Made by a program: the position numbers and the translations under genes
The notes under the pieces: model-generated
What the model was told of the DNA's origin: nothing
The model's input: only the letters and a program-made list of their open reading frames with translations
Databases searched by the model: none
Part shown: piece after piece, positions 38,901-46,813 of the stretch
How positions within the stretch are numbered: position 1 is the first letter of the stretch
Layout: every line of letters starts with the position of its first letter
Source: a virus
Taxonomy: Duplodnaviria > Heunggongvirae > Uroviricota > Caudoviricetes
DNA length: 64,000 nucleotides
IMG/VR virus record: IMGVR_UViG_3300025018_000115
Coordinates: 33,363 to 97,362 of that record
Reading direction: 5' to 3' (one strand)

Positions 38901-39010
38901 CATCATTCCTAATCAACGAATCTCCAGAGGTTGCTAAATCTTACTTCCAGGGAGAGACATTATACAATAATATAAAAGGAGCTATATCTGATGGTCAGAG
39001 CTCTCAGTAG
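32927..39010 (+). CDS. giant 2027-aa protein, candidate tape-measure or ejection protein, with N-terminal His-Me-finger (HNH-like) motif and Gly-rich hydrophobic region
   Basis: QVDHIVPLWLGGADTLQNLQVLDNITHQEK is HNH-like. The hydrophobic region GKVGAVSNFAGNLVGTITGLGLLSKGIGSLKVAAGLGKATALSADAMKAAGLA is glycine-zipper-like. The remainder is long, Lys/Glu-rich and helical. Confidence 0.55.
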   Translation: MANIEENTSYNTEGASQKPLANLSNTAKTVSEPADTRSIFMPHYKPEAFDKLFGKSAPVATDWATPVNKPLYETSSSNTQPIPSDYTQFVPADKNGKWVNPTDTAEFRNWPTALGGGQYVIDPSQKGQLIKSARTIMENDINPGAKQAILGKKSPSLYQVDHIVPLWLGGADTLQNLQVLDNITHQEKTAVQAVALTLLANNKIDLNDAKVMALTWKDKDPKGITVDDKGYVDLKTAEKVSEKWKNDVSNPSMWKFFGESFKENMSNFGKDIPVLGEFAKGLVAGGTANMLEGTGPREESGKVGAVSNFAGNLVGTITGLGLLSKGIGSLKVAAGLGKATALSADAMKAAGLATDYGALTAKGAASSARGTILKKMASSAGLLGLWGQIGTTGREAINKDVDFEMKNHMTQFFTDVAFGGLLGAAGQNVKGYATVGLGSTVFSLFEQSASGHDPDIVSALQDGAIMTALHGMGYKRGMIDPKKMAGNEEAYKMSASTMNDYVGDIMPTVKKGQKVPEILRLDLPKVDQMRVEMQQKYPYDQRFSNMPAITSNAEAVNFIEQAAKRELGNTISRSNGTIPIEDIKKEMTRITLAKNQLANQTLPPSERVQKEWKDLLSMGEKLRPNLNSNNLRGSIDATKMLEKVPADMPNVIYGNPSGKKFPTGNMPSTGYEDKVDVKSKGTITDLYDKPNDFSEKLFIVKDPETAKIMRIIAHEQSLDPKRYPKGPTVGNPDEALRIFAMAKTPNGTEIRPAGFVPREQSYTKENNLNKTYSQITDRLKNIIKKSESADDLFAKLSKDRSKVNITKEEAIKIFASKDTAMSMNGEEIRKLLKTSDAFEKYDQGLNNSEISKAMDENDLNVLVVSKDKVLPVGDAVNRANPDNPYLSLNLNEQDWLRSIALKEGSVRKTNIDTGIDNIVNKQRSENISKGVGNAKTLISENPTQAQLPMVEKPALNTPVSEAKMTVEAPKTVGMDNVTEKKNTGPIKEEKAPELNAKGEPETIVNEKLFEKFEPSKPINSSDVRSEIDGINRAAVKAVDKKIKTLDLNTKEAEELQKFKEMFTRKNMETVAIDSLEKASMDEMKGAELYIDRISKAFTGKGLEDPTKGQKNKQAYKKLFRDSILNKESTVFKVGEDGKMSIEIAKGKKPKSYLERTLQKDTVYYEENNNTKLPDEASKINFLVDNGYAPYYYDNKPGSLMGIKYDPALAGGKNIKEKGALNEFTTNIAEQLGIKKGEDSINTFAKRLKSLNSREQQSPIKGETFKTYIIKDETGFNKTVAETTPNWDNIKVHPSVKNPELVKKELGEKMHNDGSQYSSQKLINRHAEGIGMEYAPEFIKPTQSFKAENGQGFHQKLEWRAWTEGEKAKFEKELGVKLGDSDIVTFPGNVKIGYEKVGKDMGGYWVVDSPSESFSIKYKEPHEMAGTISIGSILTKISPESGLGEIMGKHYVDYAKKLKTLSEELQGATSSFDIEKIWKKYPEFNKDEWMNNLFGDLKASAEHGAGLVEFGKTINKEINKLVTEDYLGGKFMKGDNLHIKPDMEVKLDPKTGKKTYMDSGEIMISKDVFEELYGKEALKEAMSGKTFEVLAFRYPTLKDTSVAKMKVLIAEMHGEKLGKTQVITNSADTMKFDHDTDGDTLQMFAIGGKDGVPNKVANYFKANAAEGEMIFPNLNKTAKIPFDGEKTFDKLMEYSKQSLKGGKAIGIAASSARPMRFLRANKYEMRVSAPEGNSRTIEHTLNGTVFETEKVPVKAKDGSNNFEKSPKGEFVVKPVFGDEQSYLIGQIGQEAVDSVGTTDLINRFKGHNGDASKYITEQLYSNASDDIIKKELRKFTSEFQVPFKFTNDSADSIQKLAPYIEKIKKVKEDGGTLGPVEEIVLNLDGIKKIDHYFKNDVAQRGIDSAGREQVNKDFRYEAFKPASPTLLKWKEIVVSVANDTGIDFNKKKKALKTEWNKFKKEHKIGEEEKKEIAIWAALSPNSNLGYGKIMARPSFLINESPEVAKSYFQGETLYNNIKGAISDGQSSQ

Positions 39011-39293
39011 GTTCATCTTCAGCCACAAGGCTATCACAAACATTAATCATTAATGTACTGCAAAATGGACATAGTATATTCTTGAATTTCTGGTACTCTT
39101 TAGTAGGATCAAAAGTCAATAAAAAAGAAGCGCAACAAGTAGGGCATGTATATGCTGGATACTTGTCTACCGCTTCTTTTTTTAATCTATGGTAGTAATT
39201 TTTTTTGAAACACTTACGAGAACAAAAAATGTTTTTTTCGCTTTTTGGCAAAAAATCTTCTCCACAATTTTCACATTTTATCTCGTTGTTCAT
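38982..39293 (-). CDS. zinc-ribbon protein
   Basis: CENCGED...CSRKC and CPTCC...CPFC motifs. Confidence 0.45.
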   Translation of the reverse strand: MNNEIKCENCGEDFLPKSEKNIFCSRKCFKKNYYHRLKKEAVDKYPAYTCPTCCASFLLTFDPTKEYQKFKNILCPFCSTLMINVCDSLVAEDEPTESSDHQI

Positions 39294-39295
39294 AT

Positions 39296-39700
39296 TTACC
39301 CTAGGTTTGAATGCATCATCTCCTGCAAAAGGCCTCTTTGGAGTGATTTTGCGGATTGAATTAGCATTTCAAGATTAGCAATATGAGCTTTGGCTTTTTT
39401 GTAATCAAAGCATTCATCTGACGCTGAAGAGAGTATCTCAGCTTTTGCGGCAGAAATTGCCTTTCCTGTTGCCTCATCTGTCTTTATAATCTCTTCCTTT
39501 GCAACTTTTGCATAATTTCTTTCTGCCATTGCTAGCGCAAGGTTGTAAGTTGGGTAGTACCCAGCCAACTTCGCTACTAGACCACCCACCTCTTCTCCTG
39601 TAATTGATCCCGATCCGTATGTCTTCATGAATTCGGAATATAGTTCTTGATATGGTTCCATATTATTTTTTATTTTCAAATTCGTTATTAAATGGGACAA
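39296..39700 (-). CDS. hypothetical protein
   Basis: A 134-aa ORF. Confidence 0.45.
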   Translation of the reverse strand: MSHLITNLKIKNNMEPYQELYSEFMKTYGSGSITGEEVGGLVAKLAGYYPTYNLALAMAERNYAKVAKEEIIKTDEATGKAISAAKAEILSSASDECFDYKKAKAHIANLEMLIQSAKSLQRGLLQEMMHSNLG

Positions 39701-39872
39701 AAACAGTTGGGCTTTGTCCGTAACCAGGGTAGTCTAGGCTATAAACCCATCCTCCTGGTACTCTGATTATCTCCATTAGTCCAACCCTAGACGGATCACT
39801 AACCGTTATTTTGTCATGAAGCTCCATTTTGTAGATGTCACTAATAATCTTATTTTTTGTAATTTTTTCCAT
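39663..39872 (-). CDS. hypothetical small protein
   Basis: A 69-aa ORF. Confidence 0.35.
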   Translation of the reverse strand: MEKITKNKIISDIYKMELHDKITVSDPSRVGLMEIIRVPGGWVYSLDYPGYGQSPTVFVPFNNEFENKK

Positions 39873-39876
39873 ATTT

Positions 39877-40476
39877 TTATATTACTGGATAAATACACTT
39901 TCCTTCTAAATGATCTATTTCGTGCTGATAGATAACAGATGTTTTGCTACTTAACTTTTCATTGATTGGACTTGAAAGAGTGAATTTGTTTTCATCTTCT
40001 GGATCAACCATTATTGTTACATACTCCACTTCAATCTTGTGCCATCTTTGGACTATGTTCTCTGGCATATCATTGAATGTTACACATCCCTCCTTTGAGT
40101 CTTTTGTGTAATTACTATGCCTGGTTATCTTTGGGTTAATTATGATCTTCTTGTCGGCCGTGATGAAGAAAGCCAAAGGGTCTTTATCATCTATCTGTGG
40201 GTGTGCTATTGCGTAGGCAAAATTATACATACCAACCGGGGTAAAACACAGTTCAAACATGACCATTGCTTCTTTTACTACCTTATCGACATCATCTTTA
40301 GTTACCTCTCTTGATTTTTTACCGTGGGGTTTAACAACTCTATCTAGAACGGGGTTTTCCTTCGTTTCTATTTCAACATCATCTCCTTCAATTTTTGCTT
40401 TTTTTACATCTTCATCTTTATCCATATCATTTTCTTTTAGTAATAATCTGTAATCATTGTACAACACTTTTAACAC
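39877..40476 (-). CDS. def: peptide deformylase-like protein
   Basis: YQHEIDHLEGK matches PDF motif III (HExxH). EGCVTF matches the motif II (EGCLS-like) region. GMYNFAYAIAHPQ resembles motif I. Confidence 0.6.
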   Translation of the reverse strand: MLKVLYNDYRLLLKENDMDKDEDVKKAKIEGDDVEIETKENPVLDRVVKPHGKKSREVTKDDVDKVVKEAMVMFELCFTPVGMYNFAYAIAHPQIDDKDPLAFFITADKKIIINPKITRHSNYTKDSKEGCVTFNDMPENIVQRWHKIEVEYVTIMVDPEDENKFTLSSPINEKLSSKTSVIYQHEIDHLEGKCIYPVI

Positions 40477-42584
40477 TACTCCAACCGGCTCACTCCGTTA
40501 ACCTTTCTCACTCTTAGTTTGCTTGAGAAAATATCTTTCACTTCGTTAAGGTGAGAAATTACAAACACTTGCGGAAAATTCTTCTGCAGTTTTAATATCA
40601 CAGAAACAAAACTCTCTGTTGATTCAGAATCCAACGCATTTACACATTCGTCAAGTACCCTGAACCCAACAATATTCATCAATCCTGCAAGAGCCTCTGA
40701 GATGGCCATTGAGACCTTCACTGTTTCTCCCCCACTAAGATTAGATATGGGTAACTCCTCTCCGACATCATTTCTTACGATAATAAACAGCCCCTCCTTC
40801 AATCCCTCGTCACTCTTTGGCGCCTGAGTATCTAGTCTTATTCTAAAATCAGACATCTGAGACAAAATATTATTAATCTTGTCTTCAAGCTGCGGAACCA
40901 AGTAATCAATAACAACAGCTTTGATTCCACGTGGTGATAATGCCTCTTTGAGCAATGATAAGGATTCAATCTCCTCATTAATAATCTTTATTGAGGTTTC
41001 TATCTCCTTCTTGCTTTTTTTAAGATCTTTCAGTTCTTCTTCAGAAATTTCAATGATTTTTAGTTCCATAACAGACTCATCTTTCTCCTTCTGTTTATTC
41101 CTAATCTCTGTATTTATTTCTGATAGTGAGATGTTTATCTCGTTAACATTTGATGTCTTTATTTTCTCTTCTATTGAAGTTAATAGTCTTTCAGTTTCTA
41201 TTAATTCTTTATTTTTCAAAGATATGTCATTTTCTAGTATTGACACTTTTTTATTTATGTCTTCTACTTTTTCTTCTGTTTTTTCATAATAAAGGACAAT
41301 TTCTTTTGACCTTAATAGTTCTGAAATGTCTTTATTCATAGAAGTTATCTCTGAATACAATGAAGAAATGTCTTCTTCTTTGGGAAGTAGCGCCAGCTCT
41401 TTGCTCCATGAGTCAAGCGCTATCTCCTCTTTTCTTGTTTGCTTTTCTTTTTCCGTTATTTGATCAGACAAGTAATCTATTTGTCCTTTAATGGGAACAA
41501 CAAACGGGCATTTATCTCCTGAAGGACATTTTCCTGAGTCTTGAACAAGGGGAATTAAACGTTTATTTATATTTTCAATATCTTTAGTGAAATCACTAAT
41601 AGTTGGCTTGTTTGCAAACAGTTTATTCCTCTTGTTTTGGGTCTCAGAAATGAGTTGCATTCTTGACTCAACCTCCTTTATTTTTTTCTCCAAAGGAGCA
41701 ATCTTCTCCGCATTTTTTTTGTGTGTCTCTATGTCTACCGAATTATGCTCTGCCAACACGCTTTTGTGTGAAGACAGACTTTCTGATAATGCCGTAATTG
41801 ATGCTTCAAGAGCATTTTTTAGCTGCAAAGCGTCTGTTTTCTCTTTGCTTAAGTTAGAAATTGCGGCAAGTTTCTTTTCTAGTTCATTTTTTACCACACT
41901 GTCCTTATCTATCTTTGCAATTAACAAATCAACGCTATCCTTAATTGATGCCTTTTTGCTAATCTTCTCTTTGTGCCTTGATATTTTCTGCTCATAATCA
42001 GAAATTGTCATCAAAGAAGAACCAGCTTCTATTTCTCTTGTCCCTATTTCATTTCTTGTTTTTGTGTACAGGTCATCGAAATTACCTGCACGAATTATTT
42101 CAAGAAGTAGATCTTTTCTTCGCCCAGCGTTAGCGTTTATGAATGATTCGGTTCCGTCTTGTTTATATACAATACTATTCGTAAATAACTCGTATGATGA
42201 CCTCAGAAACTCTTCTGTTATCCACGCTTGAGTATCCTTTATTCCAGTTCTGCCTATTTGAATAAACTGCCCATCAGAACCCGTATTTTGTGTAACACTG
42301 AGGGTGTTTTTTCCTGAAGTGGTGATCGTTCTTGTGATGCACGTTTCGACTTCTCCTTCTTCCATTTTAATAAAAACTGATGCGGTTTTTGAGTTTTTTC
42401 TGATGAGGGATTTATTGTCTGATCTGCCTCTCCCGTAGAGTCCCCACGTGATGGCTTCTGCGATCGCGCTTTTCCCGGCCCCTGATTCCCCGTCAATAGA
42501 AAACTTGTCATTTTCTTTGAATGTGATTTCTGTTGATTCATGTGATAAAAAGTCTGTTATTTTTAATTCTTTTAAGATTATCAT
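40476..42584 (-). CDS. sbcC: SbcC/Rad50-like ATPase
   Basis: The Walker A is GESGAGKSAI. There is a long central coiled coil with CPSGDKCP zinc-hook-like cysteines. The signature is LSGGETVKVSMAISEAL and the D-loop is VFVISH. Confidence 0.75.
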   Translation of the reverse strand: MIILKELKITDFLSHESTEITFKENDKFSIDGESGAGKSAIAEAITWGLYGRGRSDNKSLIRKNSKTASVFIKMEEGEVETCITRTITTSGKNTLSVTQNTGSDGQFIQIGRTGIKDTQAWITEEFLRSSYELFTNSIVYKQDGTESFINANAGRRKDLLLEIIRAGNFDDLYTKTRNEIGTREIEAGSSLMTISDYEQKISRHKEKISKKASIKDSVDLLIAKIDKDSVVKNELEKKLAAISNLSKEKTDALQLKNALEASITALSESLSSHKSVLAEHNSVDIETHKKNAEKIAPLEKKIKEVESRMQLISETQNKRNKLFANKPTISDFTKDIENINKRLIPLVQDSGKCPSGDKCPFVVPIKGQIDYLSDQITEKEKQTRKEEIALDSWSKELALLPKEEDISSLYSEITSMNKDISELLRSKEIVLYYEKTEEKVEDINKKVSILENDISLKNKELIETERLLTSIEEKIKTSNVNEINISLSEINTEIRNKQKEKDESVMELKIIEISEEELKDLKKSKKEIETSIKIINEEIESLSLLKEALSPRGIKAVVIDYLVPQLEDKINNILSQMSDFRIRLDTQAPKSDEGLKEGLFIIVRNDVGEELPISNLSGGETVKVSMAISEALAGLMNIVGFRVLDECVNALDSESTESFVSVILKLQKNFPQVFVISHLNEVKDIFSSKLRVRKVNGVSRLE

Positions 42585-42602
42585 ATTTCATATAATTAAT
42601 AA

Positions 42603-42779
42603 TCAATTCTTTCTACAAATTTACCATTTACTTCCACTACTCCCCCGTCTTTCTTTTTCTGTCGAAACCATGTAACAAGTGCCATTTCTCCATTAACCTG
42701 AAATCTTTCTATCGCCCCATCTGCTGAATCCAAAGATGGGCTATGCGCCATTGTTATTGTTTTTATTTCCTCCATATTT
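42603..42779 (-). CDS. small hypothetical protein (59 aa, not in the track)
   Basis: The MEEIKTITMAHSPSL... ORF fills the gap upstream of sbcC. Confidence 0.25.
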
Positions 42780-43049
42780 TTATTTTTTTAAACGCGGATA
42801 ATCTCTTAAGGTTTCTTCAAGGAGTCTTCTTGATATAGCAAATATAACTCTTTTGTCTTTTCCTTTCTCGAACCCTATACTTTGATGAAAAAGAAACGAA
42901 TCTCCGTTTTCCATATACCCAATCATTTGGCACCCCTCAAAATAAGTCCTTTCTTCCCCTCTGCAGAAAGAATCCAGTTTAGCTTTGTTTATTATTATGT
43001 TCTCTTTAACATCCGCAAAGTTGCGTTTACTCATTTTGGGTTTTCTCAT
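42780..43049 (-). CDS. hypothetical protein
   Basis: An 89-aa ORF. Confidence 0.4.
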   Translation of the reverse strand: MRKPKMSKRNFADVKENIIINKAKLDSFCRGEERTYFEGCQMIGYMENGDSFLFHQSIGFEKGKDKRVIFAISRRLLEETLRDYPRLKK

Positions 43050-43051
43050 AA

Positions 43052-43231
43052 CTATTTATCCTCCCTAACTTCTACCGTTTTCTCTGGCGCATTCACAACG
43101 TTAACAATTACTTCAATCTTTCCATCTTGAATAACTGCCTGATATAACATTTTTACACCAGCTTCGTCTTGCGCCTTGTTATAGTCATCTAATAATTTCT
43201 GCCCTATTTCTGCTAGCTGTTGTTTGTCCAT
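43052..43231 (-). CDS. small hypothetical protein (59 aa, not in the track)
   Basis: The MDKQQLAEIGQKLLDDYNKAQDEAG... ORF fills the gap. Confidence 0.25.
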   Translation of the reverse strand: MDKQQLAEIGQKLLDDYNKAQDEAGVKMLYQAVIQDGKIEVIVNVVNAPEKTVEVREDK

Positions 43232-43232
43232 A

Positions 43233-43511
43233 TTATTCTTTTTTTAATAAGCTCATAACTATCGATTCTACCTCATCTGGGCCAAAGACAGTCTCTTCAT
43301 CTTCAACCCATTTGTGTAGCATGTCTTTTTTCTCCTGTTCAACGTCTAATGAGTCAACCCTATCTAGGCAGTCCTTTTTGGCTTTTTTCATATCATCTGT
43401 TGTAAAAATTGATTTAACAACAGGTGGTGTCATGTGGCTTTCTATAAACATGGTCTCCTTACAATGTGGACACTCATGTGCAGTTATGCTTTTGATAAGG
43501 TTTTCAGACAT
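43233..43511 (-). CDS. hypothetical protein with CPHC motif
   Basis: A 92-aa ORF. Confidence 0.4.
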   Translation of the reverse strand: MSENLIKSITAHECPHCKETMFIESHMTPPVVKSIFTTDDMKKAKKDCLDRVDSLDVEQEKKDMLHKWVEDEETVFGPDEVESIVMSLLKKE

Positions 43512-43512
43512 A

Positions 43513-43785
43513 TTATTTTTTTGTTACTTTCTTTTTCTTTGTTTCACCTGACTCCTCTACACATTCTGCAAATGTTTCCTTCTGCATAAGTGTCATCTGT
43601 GCATTTTTAATTATTGAATCAGCTATTTGTCCAGAGACAATATCGAATCCTGAGTTTGGAAGTGTCCCACTGTCTATATAAGCTCCTCTCATTGATGAAA
43701 CGATCATGTCCTTAACAACACTTGTTTGTAAATCTGTCAACATTGCTGTGCTTCCTGCTTTTTTTGTATTTTTTGTTTTTTTCAT
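43513..43785 (-). CDS. hypothetical protein
   Basis: A 90-aa ORF. Confidence 0.4.
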   Translation of the reverse strand: MKKTKNTKKAGSTAMLTDLQTSVVKDMIVSSMRGAYIDSGTLPNSGFDIVSGQIADSIIKNAQMTLMQKETFAECVEESGETKKKKVTKK

Positions 43786-43787
43786 TT

Positions 43788-44330
43788 TTATATTTGTTTT
43801 TTTAGTAAGTCTACAACCTCTTGTTGGAACTTTGTTAGTTCCTCTTTTTCTTTCAGCGCCTTTCCTATTTGCGCTAATCCATAGGCGTCATTCTCATTGT
43901 CGTCTAGGATGGTAACATTATATCTCTTGTACATTTCTATAAGCATCACGTCTTTTTTTGAAGCACCGCTTCCAGTTATAAATTTCTTTAAACTGGTTGG
44001 CGCCACAATTACGAACGGAATGTTATAGTCTGCAAGCAGTGCTCGTGTCATATAATTTAATGCACTGAGCTGAACTAGAGCAGTGGTGTTCCTCGCCATG
44101 AATGCCATTCCTTCTATACAGGCAAGATCTGGCAGGTTATCCATATCACTAAGAACGTCTTCTATGTCTGATACAATTTTACGTATTCTAATCAATTCAT
44201 TTATTGGTTTGTCACCAACAGGTTTTGATTTAATAAGTTTCTGTACCTCAATTTCTCCGTCTTTTAATGATATAAGCCCTGTTCCTACTAAACTCAAATC
44301 AAGTCCAAGAGTTTTTAATGTTTTAGCCAT
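43788..44330 (-). CDS. RuvC-family Holliday junction resolvase-like
   Basis: The N-terminal GLDLSLVGTG is a RuvC motif I-like sequence with the first Asp. IEGMAFMA supplies a Glu, and a downstream acidic NDAYGLAQI is present. Confidence 0.6.
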   Translation of the reverse strand: MAKTLKTLGLDLSLVGTGLISLKDGEIEVQKLIKSKPVGDKPINELIRIRKIVSDIEDVLSDMDNLPDLACIEGMAFMARNTTALVQLSALNYMTRALLADYNIPFVIVAPTSLKKFITGSGASKKDVMLIEMYKRYNVTILDDNENDAYGLAQIGKALKEKEELTKFQQEVVDLLKKQI

Positions 44331-45347
44331 TTATTTTATTATCTGCAACCCCTTGAGAAGTTTTTCATAATCAACACTTTTTGCTTCGGCATAAAGCTTC
44401 AGCAGTGATTCGATTTCGAAGTCAAACGCTCCTTCTTCAATGTGAGCTCTTTTCCTTTCGCTTGGATAATCTTCGATAAGAAGATACGCATCAAATCGTG
44501 ACAATAATTCTTTTATTTTCTCAATATACGCAGTCTTTTTAGTTACTATAACCTTAACTATACTGCTATCGGGAATACTTGACAAGTTTTGATTTGAAGG
44601 ATCTGTTATTTTGTGAATTTCACGAGCAGGAACTTTTATCTTTTCTATGCTCATATCGTCACTTTCTATCTTCCAGATGAACTTTTCTGTTTCACCGACT
44701 TCTGATGTAAACAAGCTCCCCGTTATCAATACATTTTCATATTGCTGTGGACTATGTATGTGTCCAGCAACAATAAGTTTGTATTTTTCAGCAAGCTTCT
44801 TTTGGTCAAGAACAACCTCACTAAGATCTTCTGTCTTAACCCCGTGAAATGTCGTCCCAGAGATGCAATGGTGTGCGAAGATGATGTCTCCACCATCCAG
44901 GTTGTCTAATATCATCTGAGTGGCAATTTCAGTCGTCTCAGCGCCAATCTCACTGTTCAGTATGTACGGAAGAAAGTCTATCTTTAGTCCGTCTAGGTCA
45001 ATTGATGTTTGGTGAGTCATTATGTGCCAGTTTGGCTTTCTGACTTCGGCCAAATAATCAATCGCGGTACTTCCATCTCCCTTTTTTTCGTGGTTTCCGC
45101 TGATTATGTAGATATCCTTGTCTCCGAAGCTTTCAATGAACTCTGTTGCGAATCTATTTGCCTCCGATGAGTTGTTCTTCGAATTGAAGAAATCTCCCAT
45201 AAACACAATATGATCGCAGTCCTCTGATGACCTCAGTATGAAGTCTATTATTTCTTTTTTTTCCCCTTCTCTCTTATCCTCGATATGGTTTGAGTAAGAA
45301 AGGTGGTCTTTAATATGGACATCACCGATGCAAATTATTTTAGACAT
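44331..45347 (-). CDS. sbcD: SbcD/Mre11-like metallophosphoesterase nuclease
   Basis: The motifs are CIGDVHIKDH, IVFMGDFFN, ISGNHE and VAGHIH. Confidence 0.75.
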   Translation of the reverse strand: MSKIICIGDVHIKDHLSYSNHIEDKREGEKKEIIDFILRSSEDCDHIVFMGDFFNSKNNSSEANRFATEFIESFGDKDIYIISGNHEKKGDGSTAIDYLAEVRKPNWHIMTHQTSIDLDGLKIDFLPYILNSEIGAETTEIATQMILDNLDGGDIIFAHHCISGTTFHGVKTEDLSEVVLDQKKLAEKYKLIVAGHIHSPQQYENVLITGSLFTSEVGETEKFIWKIESDDMSIEKIKVPAREIHKITDPSNQNLSSIPDSSIVKVIVTKKTAYIEKIKELLSRFDAYLLIEDYPSERKRAHIEEGAFDFEIESLLKLYAEAKSVDYEKLLKGLQIIK

Positions 45348-45831
45348 GTTTGTGATAATTATCTATAAAGAATTCACCGTGATTTTTTCTTGCTCGTGAA
45401 TGATATGCTCCAATTGCCTTTTCTTTATCAGTAAAACGTCCTATAAATTTATAGAATCCATTTATTTTCATTCTTACAACCCACTTTTTACGATTTTTGT
45501 CCCAAGATACCCCCTTGTAACCTGATTTGTTTTTTATGTTTATTTTACTATTGTGCGAATTTTGCTCTTTAGTACAAAAACGTAAATTGGTTTTTCTATT
45601 ATCCAGACCATTTCTATTAACATGATCGCAAATAGTTCCGGTAGGTGCGTCTAGGATAACACGATGCATTAATATGGTCTTTGTTTTTTGAGTTTTTGGA
45701 TCATACATGCCACGACAGGCATAAAAACTATGTCCAAATTTATTAGCACACCATTTATGTCGATTTAATTCCTTAAAATCTTCATCGTCAACGATTGCAT
45801 GCTTACCTTGTGTTAACGTAATTTTTTTCAT
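45340..45831 (-). CDS. HNH_3 endonuclease with AP2 DNA-binding domain
   Basis: CDHVNRNGLDNRKTNLRFCTKEQN is HNH_3-like. YKGVSWDKNRKKWVVRMKINGF...AY is AP2-like. Confidence 0.7.
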   Translation of the reverse strand: MKKITLTQGKHAIVDDEDFKELNRHKWCANKFGHSFYACRGMYDPKTQKTKTILMHRVILDAPTGTICDHVNRNGLDNRKTNLRFCTKEQNSHNSKINIKNKSGYKGVSWDKNRKKWVVRMKINGFYKFIGRFTDKEKAIGAYHSRARKNHGEFFIDNYHKHV

Positions 45832-45847
45832 AATTTATATTTATAAA

Positions 45848-45870
45848 ACCATCTCGCGATGGTCTTATAA
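45848..45870 (-). terminator. hairpin ACCATC-TCGC-GATGGT followed by a T-run on the minus strand
   Basis: Lies between the 45877 gene's stop and the HNH start. Confidence 0.45.
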
Positions 45871-45876
45871 GAATTA

Positions 45877-46542
45877 TTACATCGCTGAAAGTGTTTCGAT
45901 AATCCGATCGTATTGGACTGGTATGAAAGCCACACCTGTAGTTTCCATAACTTTTTCTTTTACAGTCTCATCTGTTGCCCCTAGCTTATCTTTTGCAAGC
46001 TTGGTAATAACAGCTAACTTGTCTTCGTTTGTTAGATCTCCGTCTTTTTCGCTATCATCTTTTGATGCAAAAGGAACGTCATCGTAATCTCCGTTGTCTG
46101 AAGAGTCTGTCATGTTATCAAAATCAGCTTCTGCGCTGTTTGTTGCGTTTGCTGCTTTTGAAACAACTCCTTCATTATCTTTCAACCATTCTTCGTTCAC
46201 GATTTTTGGATCTTGGAAGATACCGTAATCTTTAACATCTACTGGCTTACCAGTTTTCTTGTTTGTTACTGATATCATTCCCTTGTACTTGAACCCTACA
46301 ATCTGGCCAAATTTTACTTTTGCCATGTCTGCGTGGATTACTTTTTTGTTCAATCCAAACCCTACGTTTGTTATTTCACCATCGTCTTGCAATAGTTGAT
46401 ATACTATTTGCTCGTTGTTATATCCATCAATAAGTCCTAGTATTTTACCAACGTATGTACCTTGGTAAGAATCTCCTGCTTCCTTAAATGATGCCCACTT
46501 TGGTGCTACTGTCTCCTTTCCTGCTTCGAATATATTTGTCAT
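45877..46542 (-). CDS. acidic protein, possible ssDNA-binding protein
   Basis: The C-terminal half is Asp/Glu-rich and includes DDVPF, reminiscent of the SSB acidic tail. The N-terminal half is beta-rich. This is weak. Confidence 0.3.
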   Translation of the reverse strand: MTNIFEAGKETVAPKWASFKEAGDSYQGTYVGKILGLIDGYNNEQIVYQLLQDDGEITNVGFGLNKKVIHADMAKVKFGQIVGFKYKGMISVTNKKTGKPVDVKDYGIFQDPKIVNEEWLKDNEGVVSKAANATNSAEADFDNMTDSSDNGDYDDVPFASKDDSEKDGDLTNEDKLAVITKLAKDKLGATDETVKEKVMETTGVAFIPVQYDRIIETLSAM

Positions 46543-46575
46543 GTCTTTTTTCTTTAAACTTTTAATTAATTATTA

Positions 46576-46731
46576 CTATAACATTGCCCCTATAAATACC
46601 AACCCTATTCCTACCATCCCTATTACGGACACTACCTTTTCATATGGTGTCCTATCTCCGAATGCTTTATTCTGTAATACAAACAGGTGAATCACCGCGT
46701 AAAGTATTACCAACCCTATTAACATTTCCAT
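46576..46731 (-). CDS. small membrane protein (51 aa, not in the track)
   Basis: MEMLIGLVILYAVIHLFVLQ...IGMVGIGLVFIGAML has two hydrophobic helices and lies directly downstream of the minus-strand promoter. Confidence 0.25.
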   Translation of the reverse strand: MEMLIGLVILYAVIHLFVLQNKAFGDRTPYEKVVSVIGMVGIGLVFIGAML

Positions 46732-46766
46732 ATTTTTTATAATTATTATTTACGACCTATGTAGCT

Positions 46767-46798
46767 AGTATACTCCTATCATTTTACTTGTCAAGTAA
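46767..46798 (-). promoter_or_regulatory. sigma70-like promoter TTGACA-N16-TATACT embedded in the palindrome TACTTGACAAGTA
   Basis: Read on the minus strand this is TACTTGACAAGTAAAATGATAGGAGTATACT. Adjacent GTGGATAAC lies at 46805-46813. Confidence 0.55.
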
Positions 46799-46804
46799 AT
46801 ACCG

Positions 46805-46813
46805 GTGGATAAC
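46805..46813 (-). promoter_or_regulatory. TTATCCAC(C) 9-mer variant (8/9) in AGTTATCCACC
   Basis: Lies immediately upstream of the minus-strand promoter. Confidence 0.35.

Noticed and set aside
40921-41997. Plus-strand ORFs of 122, 63 and 136 aa inside the sbcC gene
   Set aside because: They are antisense to the coiled-coil region, and their Ser/Phe/Leu-rich composition marks them as artefacts.
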